Assembly: GCA_045577555.1 (NCBI GenBank)
Contig: JAZNIQ010000272.1
Span: forward strand, 356-64,355
Direction: 5' to 3'
DNA: 64,000 nt
Origin: Candidatus Fimenecus sp.
GTDB lineage: Bacteria; Bacillota; Clostridia; Oscillospirales; Acutalibacteraceae
A program made the position numbers and the translations under genes. Below the pieces are notes generated by a model. That model searched no databases. It had not been told where the DNA came from and saw nothing but the letters and a program-made list of their open reading frames with translations. This document shows, one piece after another, positions 26,344-34,341 of the stretch; within the stretch, counting starts at the first letter, position 1; the number at the start of each line of letters is the position of its first letter.

Positions 26344-26720
26344 TTGACATTAGGTGAAAGGACAATTTTTTGAAAACGGTTTTAAAAATTGCTTTCCCGT
26401 GCTCTACCCTAATGAGGAGAGAAAATTTTTTTAGAAAACGGTTATATTTTTTGCATTTTCCTGCTCTACCCATTGAGAGATATTTTAAAAAAAGTTGCCC
26501 CTTTTGTTTGTTCTCGTGCTCTACCCATTGGGGAGAGAAAATATTCGGCAGAAAATTATTTTTTCAAAAAAGCCTGTACAAAAGTGCGGTTTTTGGACAT
26601 TAGGTGAAAGGAAATTTTAAAAGTGGTTTACAAAATCGAATTTTCCTGCTCTACCCTATGAGAGATTATTTTTTGAAAATGGTTCTAAAAATCGATTTCT
26701 CATGCTCTACCCATTGAGGA
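26344..26720 (+). repeat. Iteron-like direct repeats upstream of the RepA-like ATPase gene
   Basis: TGCTCTACCC(t/a)(a)TGAG cores at 26400, 26462, 26517, 26647 and 26703, each within a ~55-bp unit TTTTGAAAAyGGTT..AAAAATyG.TTTyC.TGCTCTACCC. A second repeat, ttgacattaggtgaaagga, lies at 26344 and ~26594. Confidence 0.75.
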
Positions 26721-26786
26721 GGTGGTTATTGCAAAAATTACAACACCCACAAAAATCAAAACAAATTAAGGAAAGGAAGTGGCGGA

Positions 26787-27746
26787 ATGTCAGAAACAAT
26801 TATCAGAAAAATGTCGGAGGTGGAACTCCAAGAGGTGCAGTGGCTATGGAAACCATATATTCCTTTTGGGAAGCTCGTTATTATTCAGGGGGATCCCGGC
26901 GAGGGTAAAACCACATTTGCTTTAAGACTTGCCGCTGCTTGTTCGTCAGGTGTGGCTCTGCCCGGTATGGAAACTACGGAACCCTTCAATGTGATTTACC
27001 AAACAGCAGAGGACGGACTCGGCGACACAATCAAGCCAAGGCTTATTGAAGCAGGCGCAGATGAGAATATGGTGCTCAACATTATTGAGAACACCGATCC
27101 TCTTTCTCTGTCGGATGAGCGCATCGAAAAAGCAATAACCGAAACGGGTGCTCGGCTTATGATACTCGATCCTATTCAGGGTTATATCGGAGAGGATGTA
27201 GATATCAACAGAGCAAACGAAATACGAACAGTGCTGAAAAAGGTCGCAACCGTTGCTGACAGGACAGGCTGTGCAATCGTATTGGTGGGTCACCTTAACA
27301 AAGCCAAAGGCGCAAGCTCACAGTACCGCGGTCTTGGTTCCATTGACTTTCGTGCAGCGGCTCGCAGTGTGTTACTTGTCGGACGGCTTCGCAAAGAACC
27401 CAACGTGCGCATCATCGTTCACGATAAATCTTCGTTGGCACCTGAGGGAAAGTCGATGGCATTCAATCTCGGAAACGATCAAGGCTTTTATTGGCTTGAC
27501 GGTTACAGCGAGATAACCTCAGATGAATTGCTCTGCGGTTATTCTGCCGAAACCAAAACGGCAGTTGCGGAAGAACTGATTAGGGATATGCTTGATGACG
27601 GAAAAGAGGTTATGGCAGATGAAATCTTCCGTACGGCGGAGAGCAAAAACATATCGCGCCGAACAGTGAACGAAGCCAAAAAGAAAATACCTAATATCCG
27701 AACCCGAAAGGTTGGTAAAGGCTGGGCGTGGTCGATACCCGAATAA
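26787..27746 (+). CDS. RecA-fold AAA_25/RepA-like ATPase (element replication/maintenance)
   Basis: Walker A IIQGDPGEGKTTFAL, Walker B LMILDPIQ and VLVGHLNK. Typical of small integrative/mobilisable elements. Confidence 0.7.
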   Translation: MSETIIRKMSEVELQEVQWLWKPYIPFGKLVIIQGDPGEGKTTFALRLAAACSSGVALPGMETTEPFNVIYQTAEDGLGDTIKPRLIEAGADENMVLNIIENTDPLSLSDERIEKAITETGARLMILDPIQGYIGEDVDINRANEIRTVLKKVATVADRTGCAIVLVGHLNKAKGASSQYRGLGSIDFRAAARSVLLVGRLRKEPNVRIIVHDKSSLAPEGKSMAFNLGNDQGFYWLDGYSEITSDELLCGYSAETKTAVAEELIRDMLDDGKEVMADEIFRTAESKNISRRTVNEAKKKIPNIRTRKVGKGWAWSIPE

Positions 27747-28174
27747 AGATTGCAACATTGCAGTGTGTTCTCTCTGCATTGTAAAAATGATGACACTCAG
27801 AGTCATTTGCAGTGTTGCATTGTTAATTTCATTCGCGAAAATAACGCCGTATTTCGCCCTGTGTGACGTGTTTGACCTCACAGTCGAGCAAACACCCACT
27901 CAAACCAAAGTCAAGCGATTTTGGGCGACTTTGACATCGAGTTAAGGTTAAAGAGTCGATGTGGTAGCACACTGGATGAAAACAAAGCAGGAGAAAGGAA
28001 GGGCGTCCCGTTTTGCCGCCCTTCCGCAACACATCGGACGGCAACGCCGACCGTTTGGGGCTTTTTGAGCCTTGAATACAGCAAAAATCAGGTGTCACCC
28101 CTAATTTCTCGAAAATCCCCTTAGTAGCACACCTGAAATAAGTAATAAATACAACAAAAAAAGGAGAATGAAAA

Positions 28175-28585
28175 ATGCCTGTATCAAAAGAAAAAGTAAA
28201 AATCATAGCACACCTCTATCCCGATACCGTAAAGATGGTTGACAATATGTTTCGACAAGCAGATTGCAGGTCGAGATCGCAATTCATTGAACAAGCCGTT
28301 CGTTATTATGCCGGCTATCTAATGGCGGACGATGACACATCGTACCTACCAATAGCAATGCTCTCAACAATGAAAAGTATTGTAGCTGAGAGCGAGAATA
28401 AAATCAGTCGAACTTTTTTCAAAGTGGCGGTTGAGTTGGCGATGGTTCACAACTGCTTTGCCTATTCGCATCAAGACATTACCGCTGAAAATCTTGCACG
28501 ACTTCGTGAATCGGTTGAGCATGAAGTGAAATGCACTAACGGCATGCTAACATTAGAAGATGCTGTTGAGTGGCAAAAAAGATAA
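28175..28585 (+). CDS. Ribbon-helix-helix (CopG-like) DNA-binding protein
   Basis: The N-terminus KEKVKIIAHLYPDTVKMVDNMF..SRSQFIEQAVRYY has a beta-strand/helix/helix pattern. Confidence 0.5.
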   Translation: MPVSKEKVKIIAHLYPDTVKMVDNMFRQADCRSRSQFIEQAVRYYAGYLMADDDTSYLPIAMLSTMKSIVAESENKISRTFFKVAVELAMVHNCFAYSHQDITAENLARLRESVEHEVKCTNGMLTLEDAVEWQKR

Positions 28586-28622
28586 TGAAGAATAACTAAA
28601 AAATGATGAAAGGAGAATCTTC

Positions 28623-28937
28623 ATGAGTTGCAGATATTATTTCAAAATGTTTAAGAATGAACCCGATGTGTTAACCGTTCCGGATGTGGTAAGGCTGTTG
28701 CAATTCGGGAAGAACACGGTTTACAGTCTTATCAAAGACGGGCGTATCAATAGCATCAAGCAGGGCAAGAAAATTATTGTGCCGAAGGTATGTTTGGTTG
28801 AGTTTTTAACCAACGCAGGCAACTATCAGACTCCGTCCCCGACAGTCCCAAATAATCTCTGGACTTATGAAGATGGTTGTGATAGTGTTGGTGTTGCCCG
28901 AGAAGACAAAGGACAACTTCAAAAGAAAGGAGCGTGA
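28623..28937 (+). CDS. xis: Excisionase-family HTH protein
   Basis: LTVPDVVRLLQFGKNTVYSLIKDGRINSIKQGKKIIVPKVCLVEFL. The gene ends 4 nt before the integrase gene. Confidence 0.7.
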   Translation: MSCRYYFKMFKNEPDVLTVPDVVRLLQFGKNTVYSLIKDGRINSIKQGKKIIVPKVCLVEFLTNAGNYQTPSPTVPNNLWTYEDGCDSVGVAREDKGQLQKKGA

Positions 28938-28941
28938 GTAA

Positions 28942-30129
28942 ATGAAACGAATCACAGGACGACTGACCGAGAAAAACAAAAAGTGGTATGCGGTCATCAA
29001 TCTATACGACACCGAAGGCAAACGCAAAGAAAAGTGGATGGGTCTGAACCTTGATACGACAAGAGGAAATAAGCGTGAGGCGGAATACCGCCTCCGTGAA
29101 ATCCTCGAACAGTACAACACTGACGACCTATACAAGCGTGAGAATATGTCACACGCCGACAAAGAGCGTAGCCGAGTGGCGCACATGCAGGTGGCGGATT
29201 ACCTTCCCGAGTGGTTGGAGTCGCACAAGGTGAATGTGAGCGAAACGACCTACGAAGGCTACAAGCTGATGATAGAGTCGAGAATGATTCCGTTCTTCCG
29301 TGAGTGCGGTGACCTCAAGGTCAAGGATATTACGGGTGATGAAATCAACGATTATTATATCCGAATCCGTAATGACGGGCTCAAAGGCACGACCGCTCAA
29401 CGCCATCACGCGCTGTTGCATCTGGCTTTCAAGTCGGCGGTCAAGCGAAGAATCATACCGAGCAACCCCGTCGAGCAAGCTGACAGACCAAAGGCGCAAC
29501 AATATATCGGCAAATATTATAACGCCAGTGAACTAAAAGAGTTGCTTGACAAGACGGTGAACGATCCCATACACATCGTAATATTCCTCGCAGCTTACTA
29601 CGGACTCAGGCGAAGCGAAGTGCTTGGTCTCAAATGGTCGGCGGTAGATTTTGAAAACAAGACGGTCAGCATCAGTCACAAGGTGGTGCAGAATGATAAA
29701 GGCGTTGTGGGAATGGACGTTATGAAAACAAAATCTTCCTACCGCACTCTGCCTTTAATACCGCAGGTGGAAGAAGCGTTACTTGCTGAGCGAGAAAAGC
29801 AAGAGGAAATGAAAAGGGTGATGCGCCGAGGTTACTGCAAAAAATATACCGACTACATCTGCGTAGATGCAATCGGTGAACTGATAAAACCAAACTACGT
29901 GACCGACCATTTCAAAGTGGTGCTGAAAGAAAAGGGATTGAAACCCGTCCGCTTTCACGACCTCAGGCACAGTTGTGCTTCACTACTGCTCGCAAACGGT
30001 GTACCGATGAAAATGATTCAGGACTGGCTCGGTCACTCTGATATGGGAACAACAGCAAACATTTATAGCCATATCGACAGCGAAAGCAAAAAAGCAAGTG
30101 CGATGGCAATTGGCTCGGCTTTGGGATAA
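28942..30129 (+). CDS. int: Tyrosine recombinase / phage-type integrase
   Basis: 395 aa. GLRRSEVLGLKW (Arg I), RFHDLRHSCASLL (H-x-x-R) and HSDMGTTANIYSH (His/Tyr). N-terminal SAM-like domain. Confidence 0.9.
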   Translation: MKRITGRLTEKNKKWYAVINLYDTEGKRKEKWMGLNLDTTRGNKREAEYRLREILEQYNTDDLYKRENMSHADKERSRVAHMQVADYLPEWLESHKVNVSETTYEGYKLMIESRMIPFFRECGDLKVKDITGDEINDYYIRIRNDGLKGTTAQRHHALLHLAFKSAVKRRIIPSNPVEQADRPKAQQYIGKYYNASELKELLDKTVNDPIHIVIFLAAYYGLRRSEVLGLKWSAVDFENKTVSISHKVVQNDKGVVGMDVMKTKSSYRTLPLIPQVEEALLAEREKQEEMKRVMRRGYCKKYTDYICVDAIGELIKPNYVTDHFKVVLKEKGLKPVRFHDLRHSCASLLLANGVPMKMIQDWLGHSDMGTTANIYSHIDSESKKASAMAIGSALG

Positions 30130-30138
30130 AAAGATAAG

Positions 30139-30162
30139 GGCTGAACCCAAACGGGTTCAGCC
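30139..30162. terminator. Bidirectional hairpin between the convergent int and HEPN genes
   Basis: ggctgaaccc-aaac-gggttcagcc forms a 10-bp stem. Confidence 0.5.
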
Positions 30163-30199
30163 AACATCGATAATATCATTCTAAAAAGTTTTAAAATAA

Positions 30200-30976
30200 T
30201 TAATATGCAGATATAGCTCTTTTTCTGAGATATGAATGCATATCCAAATTAGTTTCGTGCTTTTCGTTGTATTGCTTGAGTTTTTCGGTTAACGTGGGAC
30301 CAATTAACATATGTTGTTTTAAAAACAAATCAAAAGCATTGGTAAAATCAATTGCTAAAGAATTGAAATGGTCTGCGATTTCATTAGTGAAATATATTTG
30401 AGATGAACCAATATCCTTAATCTTATCAGACAGCAGTCCCTTCTTAATTAAATAAGTTTCAGCTTTCTTATATCCGCCATTATACACTTCCTCTTTGCCA
30501 TCGGTAAAGTAAGCGTCAACCTCATAAAAATGAATTTGTCTGCCATGGGCGATTACATTTCTAAATTGATACAGGACATTGATGCCTTCTATAAACGGAG
30601 AGATAGTAGCATTGGTTTTAAAAGATACATCAGTTAATAGTTCAAATATGGCATTATAGTTATCTATACCAGTAGATTGTGAAATGCGGCGGTTTAAAAA
30701 TTCAATTATATTATTTAGAAAGATATTTTTAGGCTTGCGGAGTTCGAATTCCTTAAAATCTATTTCTCCATATATTTCTTGATAATAACCTAATAGCAAC
30801 TTGCCCCTATCCTCTAAAAAACCTTCAATAAAGCAGGCGGAGCTTAAGATAATATTTAAGTTGATAGCAGCATTTAATTTTCTGCAAGTTATAGATTCTC
30901 TTGAATTGATATTGAAATCTATAATATCACGATAATATGAAAAAATAGGTTCATCATAAATAAAATATTTTGCCAT
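30200..30976 (-). CDS. HEPN-domain protein (RiboL-PSP-like), putative RNase/abortive-infection effector
   Basis: 258 aa. The Rx4H motif in YQFRNVIAHGRQ is characteristic of HEPN. The rest is alpha-helical. Confidence 0.5.
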   Translation of the reverse strand: MAKYFIYDEPIFSYYRDIIDFNINSRESITCRKLNAAINLNIILSSACFIEGFLEDRGKLLLGYYQEIYGEIDFKEFELRKPKNIFLNNIIEFLNRRISQSTGIDNYNAIFELLTDVSFKTNATISPFIEGINVLYQFRNVIAHGRQIHFYEVDAYFTDGKEEVYNGGYKKAETYLIKKGLLSDKIKDIGSSQIYFTNEIADHFNSLAIDFTNAFDLFLKQHMLIGPTLTEKLKQYNEKHETNLDMHSYLRKRAISAY

Positions 30977-31053
30977 AACTTTATACCCCCATCACTATTG
31001 AACATTATACTACAAAAAGAAAACAACCGCAATCCTAAGATTACGGTTGTCCT

Positions 31054-31109
31054 TGGCGGAGACGGCGAGATTCGAACTCGCGGGGGATTGCTCCCTAACT
31101 GATTTCGAG
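31054..31109 (-). pseudogene. 3' half of tRNA-Ser(CGA)-like gene, truncated at the anticodon loop; att-type junction
   Basis: The reverse complement reads CTCGAAA-TCAGT-T-AGGGAGCAATCCCC-CGCGAGTTCGAATCTCGC-CGTCTCC-G-CCA. No GGAGACG 5' acceptor strand and no ACTGA 5' anticodon stem lie upstream. The terminator acaaccg..cggttgt is at 31023-31050. Confidence 0.6.
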
Positions 31110-31157
31110 TGCAACCCACTGCTCCTTAATAGCCCTTAATGGACCTTGCTCTAACTC

Positions 31158-31292
31158 AAAACGGGAACTCTAATTTTCAGTATTTATGCGGCATTTTTCG
31201 AGTTTTCCTGATAAAACGGGAACTTTTGAAAAATCGTGTCGAGAGTTCCTTTTTTGCATCGTTGTTAGAAACAACTGTTAGAATTGTTAGAA
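31158..31292 (+). repeat. Short direct repeats next to the att junction (AAAACGGGAACT x2 plus an inverted partial copy; TGTTAGAA x3)
   Basis: aaaacgggaact at 31158 and 31213. gagagttcc (inverted) at 31241. tgttagaa at 31263, 31276 and 31285. Related gaaacaggaactttt and gaaaacgagaacttt at 32697 and 32718. Confidence 0.6.
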
Positions 31293-31858
31293 AGTTCGAG
31301 TTGACCTAATGGGCATTTTCTTGCACCACTCGAACTGATATTCTACAATCTTTCTTTCGATTATTATACTACTCTGTTATAATGAATGTCAAGGATTTGA
31401 AAAGACTGCTCTATTAAAAAATCCGCCCACAAAAAATAGTGGACGGATTTTTTGTCTAATAATGTGACGGTGTGCAAACACATCATTAAACATAGTTTTA
31501 TCTTTGTTAAATAAAATTTTAAGGACGAATTTAAAATACAAAGCAGATAACACCAACCCTACTCCGTTGTGGCTATATATTAAAGTGGATTAAGTACATA
31601 CATAATAATTATTACAAAAACAACCGTATATCACACCGTTAAATATAGCATACCTAACTGTATCTTTTATTTCAAGTTTTTCTGCTACACACATTTACTT
31701 GCCACCCGTCCTCTTCCAATTCTTAAAAAAGCAAAGGATAAACACGAGATTCTTTTCGGATGTTATTGCACGTCCATTTTCTTTTTTATGTATTATGAAA
31801 AGCAGACGGGTGGTTGGCAAATACTTTGTCAACTTTTGAAGAACTTTGTAAAAATAGC

Positions 31859-31887
31859 TTGTCTAAAGAGGAACTTTATGGTATAAT
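31859..31887 (+). promoter_or_regulatory. Sigma-70 promoter with an extended -10
   Basis: TTGTCT, a 17-nt spacer, then TGgTATAAT. Confidence 0.5.
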
Positions 31888-32109
31888 ATGAGTAACAACT
31901 TAATAAATTACATATTTTATTTGACTTACATAATTATCTGCTGATGGCGGATTCTTATGTGGGTCTTTTTTTATTTCATTTTAGACCATATACTTGCTTT
32001 CTGGCAGCAAGTATTCTCCTTCATTTTTCTCCACTATTCCTCCATCATCATATAGGCACTGTTGCCAGAACAGTGCCGGTTACATACTTAGAAAGGAGAT
32101 TATGAAAGT

Positions 32110-32295
32110 ATGAAGATTTTAGTTTTACAATTTGAAGAACGCGAGGGGCATTATGTTTTTACACCGTCCCTCCCAGAAGGCGAGGTTGTTATCAATTTAC
32201 CGCCTGAGGCAAAATTTGTAACAATTGTCCATAACAACAGTATGACACAAATTTTCGCTACCAATGGACCATCTGTGGAAGGTTGGGTGGTTTGA
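32110..32295 (+). CDS. Small hypothetical protein (61 aa)
   Basis: RBS gaaaggag upstream. Its stop overlaps the start of the following paralog gene. Confidence 0.4.
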   Translation: MKILVLQFEEREGHYVFTPSLPEGEVVINLPPEAKFVTIVHNNSMTQIFATNGPSVEGWVV

Positions 32296-32588
32296 TGAGA
32301 ACAACGCTTGAAGATTTATATTATGGCAACATCAGTCCGCACGAAAGATACATTAAACGTGGGACACGAGTCGATAAGCTCGTTAAATTGATATGCAAGA
32401 ATGAGGAAGAACTAAATGTCGGTCTGACAGACAAACAAAAAGAAACCTTTGAGAAATTCAAAGATTGCACCAACGAACTTTCTTGCATCACCGAGGGTGA
32501 AGCTTTCAGTTCAGGGTTCATTCTTGCCACTCGTATAATGGCAGAAGTGATGCAAGCGTCTGTCACCCCACACATTGATGATGAGTAA
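32295..32588 (+). CDS. Conserved small hypothetical protein, paralog B
   Basis: MRTTLEDLYYGNISPHERYIKRGTRVDKLVKLICKNEEEL.. is near-identical in its first ~90 aa to the 24082-24366 product. Confidence 0.65.
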   Translation: MRTTLEDLYYGNISPHERYIKRGTRVDKLVKLICKNEEELNVGLTDKQKETFEKFKDCTNELSCITEGEAFSSGFILATRIMAEVMQASVTPHIDDE

Positions 32589-32747
32589 TGAGGTGAAAAG
32601 ATATGAAATATGTAAAAGTTCTCTTTTTGCATAAAAAGAGAACACCAAAATCCCCATTTTACAAGGCTTTTTAAAACCTACCCCCAAAAAGGGTCTGAAA
32701 CAGGAACTTTTCTCGTCGAAAACGAGAACTTTATCAAGGAGGTAACT

Positions 32748-33320
32748 ATGACTTCAAGACCGCTTACCATGGAAGAATATAAACTCATTATCCAAACGAT
32801 GTATGAACAAGGTCATTGTGGTTTTCGTCCAAATCCTACTATTGCTTTGATATTAACAATTGAAGGGTCTTGCGGATTAAGAATCAATGACTGTCTTCGC
32901 ATCCGACTAAGCGATATTTATAAAACAGATGACAACAAGTTTCGCATTAAGATTAAAGAGCAAAAAACCGGCAAATATCGAGATAGTTTTTTCTATGACG
33001 ACCTATACTATAAACTTTCGGAATATTGTGTTGAGCACGGAAGGAAAAAAGATGAACCGATTTTTCAATTGTCCAGCAGACAAGTTAATAAATATTTAAA
33101 CAAAATCACTTCGTATTTAGGTTTGTCTGGCAACATAAGTTCGCATAGTTTCAGAAAGCTCTTTGCGACTGAAATTTTTCGTCTCACAGATATCCACACT
33201 GTTTCCTCAGTTTTGAATCACAGTAATATTAATACTACCGTTAGGTATTTAGCAAAAAACCCAAATGTTGATTCGGCACTTGAAAAATGTGGTAGTAAAT
33301 TGATTATTTTTGAAGAATGA
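32748..33320 (+). CDS. Short tyrosine recombinase (catalytic domain only)
   Basis: 190 aa. GLRINDCLRIRL (Arg), HSFRKLFATEIF (H-x-x-R) and LNHSNINTTVRYL (His..Tyr). Confidence 0.75.
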   Translation: MTSRPLTMEEYKLIIQTMYEQGHCGFRPNPTIALILTIEGSCGLRINDCLRIRLSDIYKTDDNKFRIKIKEQKTGKYRDSFFYDDLYYKLSEYCVEHGRKKDEPIFQLSSRQVNKYLNKITSYLGLSGNISSHSFRKLFATEIFRLTDIHTVSSVLNHSNINTTVRYLAKNPNVDSALEKCGSKLIIFEE

Positions 33321-33882
33321 TATGAAAAAGATTTTTAATATTTTACTTTCCTTTTTGCTAGTGGTACTAATTTGTGCTTCTTTTGTAACGACTTATTATC
33401 AAAACAGAAGTGGTACGGTCAGTGCTGCTACTTGTAATGTGACTAACGATAACAAAGAGTATATCATTGACCGCTATGGAGATTGCGAGACCGCAGAAGA
33501 ACTCATTATACGACTGAACGATGAAATTTGTGCAGAATACACTTACTATCGTCCTCTCATCGTTTTTCAGTATTTTGATTTTAATGATTTTAGCACAACA
33601 AAGCGAGGATTGTGTTTCGATTACGCATCTTATCTTAAGACAGTTTTTAATGTTATATTTCCTTCTGCAAAGGTATATGTTTGCGATGTTCGTATTGATT
33701 TTTTCAATTATCACAGTTACAACTTCATCGAGTTGGATTCCGGACGATATTTTGTTGATTTGACTACTGACCTAATAAGATATCAAAATGGTAAGGAAAG
33801 AATCATTTATGAAGATATTGGAACCTTGTCGTTCGATGAATATACAAGTCAGTATAATGAGAAAATACTAAATTATCATTAA
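33310..33882 (+). CDS. Membrane-anchored transglutaminase-like cysteine-protease-fold protein
   Basis: N-terminal TM helix. Candidate Cys-His-Asp triad pattern: RGLCFDYASYL .. NYHSYNFIEL .. FVDLT. Confidence 0.45.
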   Translation: MKNDMKKIFNILLSFLLVVLICASFVTTYYQNRSGTVSAATCNVTNDNKEYIIDRYGDCETAEELIIRLNDEICAEYTYYRPLIVFQYFDFNDFSTTKRGLCFDYASYLKTVFNVIFPSAKVYVCDVRIDFFNYHSYNFIELDSGRYFVDLTTDLIRYQNGKERIIYEDIGTLSFDEYTSQYNEKILNYH

Positions 33883-33888
33883 ATAAAG

Positions 33889-34263
33889 GTGGTGCTTATG
33901 AACATAGCAATTATTTTCTTTGTGGCAATAGCGAATGGTTTTCTTCAAGCAATGACCAAAAATATTATCTACGGCTACGTCTTTTTTGTTTTCACATTAG
34001 GAGCGATGGCAATTGACCTGTACGACAAAAAATTCGGAAGAATCTTTATGACTCTAACTTTTTGCTTATATGCTTTATTACTTTTTATTTGTGTTCATAA
34101 TCATTTTGTTTATGATGTTATTCTTTATGATTATATTATTCTTTCTGTTGAAACAATTATTGTTGCTATATTAACCGTAATTGCGATATTACCCCAAGCC
34201 AAGACAACCCCCAGAGCTCATCGCTCTGGGGGTTGTTCTATATTGCTTACTTTAACCATCTAA
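33889..34263 (+). CDS. Small integral membrane protein
   Basis: 124 aa with about 4 hydrophobic helices. Confidence 0.5.
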   Translation: MVLMNIAIIFFVAIANGFLQAMTKNIIYGYVFFVFTLGAMAIDLYDKKFGRIFMTLTFCLYALLLFICVHNHFVYDVILYDYIILSVETIIVAILTVIAILPQAKTTPRAHRSGGCSILLTLTI

Positions 34264-34341
34264 GAATACCCAAGGACATTGTTAAGTTAAAAGAACTGTC
34301 ATCCACAATAGGCACTACGTGCATATGTAAGTCGCAAATCT

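Larger units (their letters stand above)
5533..31109. mobile_element. Putative integrative genomic island A (BREX-carrying), bounded by tRNA-Ser-like 3' halves
   Basis: The left end is a truncated tRNA 3' half next to chromosomal backbone. The right end has Xis-Int (28623-30129) and then a second tRNA-Ser-like 3' half. The boundaries are inferred, not proven. Confidence 0.4.

Noticed and set aside
26400-26712. The TGCTCTACCCATTGAG cores resemble the reverse complement of a tRNA D-arm (CTCAATGGGTAGAGCA)
   Set aside because: No flanking acceptor, anticodon or T-arm sequence accompanies any copy, so this is most likely a chance resemblance.
26344-26720. Possible CRISPR array, because of five evenly looking repeats in a non-coding stretch
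   Set aside because: The conserved core is only about 10-17 nt. The spacings are irregular (62, 55, 130 and 56 nt). The sequence between cores is itself part of the repeated unit. No cas genes are present. Iterons or operators upstream of the RepA-like gene fit better.
26135-26908. Track ORFs 26135-26347, 26370-26603 and 26702-26908 as genes
   Set aside because: They run through the iteron repeats, have odd composition and no RBS, and the last one overlaps the well-supported ATPase gene in another frame.
31054-31145. An intact tRNA-Ser next to the integrase
   Set aside because: The expected 5' acceptor strand GGAGACG and 5' anticodon stem ACTGA are absent. The sequence upstream of CTCGAAA is unrelated. 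The track ORF 30919-31119 overlapping it is spurious.
31560-31690. A 33 aa Cys-rich minus-strand peptide (MCVAEKLEIKDTVRYAIFNGVIYGCFCNNYYVCT) as a bacteriocin-like gene
   Set aside because: It is very short with only a weak RBS, and there are no neighbouring maturation, immunity or export genes. The evidence is insufficient.
31888-31944. An 18 aa hydrophobic peptide (MSNNLINYIFYLTYIIIC) as a type I toxin
   Set aside because: The ATG abuts the -10 hexamer, so it would lie upstream of the likely transcription start. There is no RBS.
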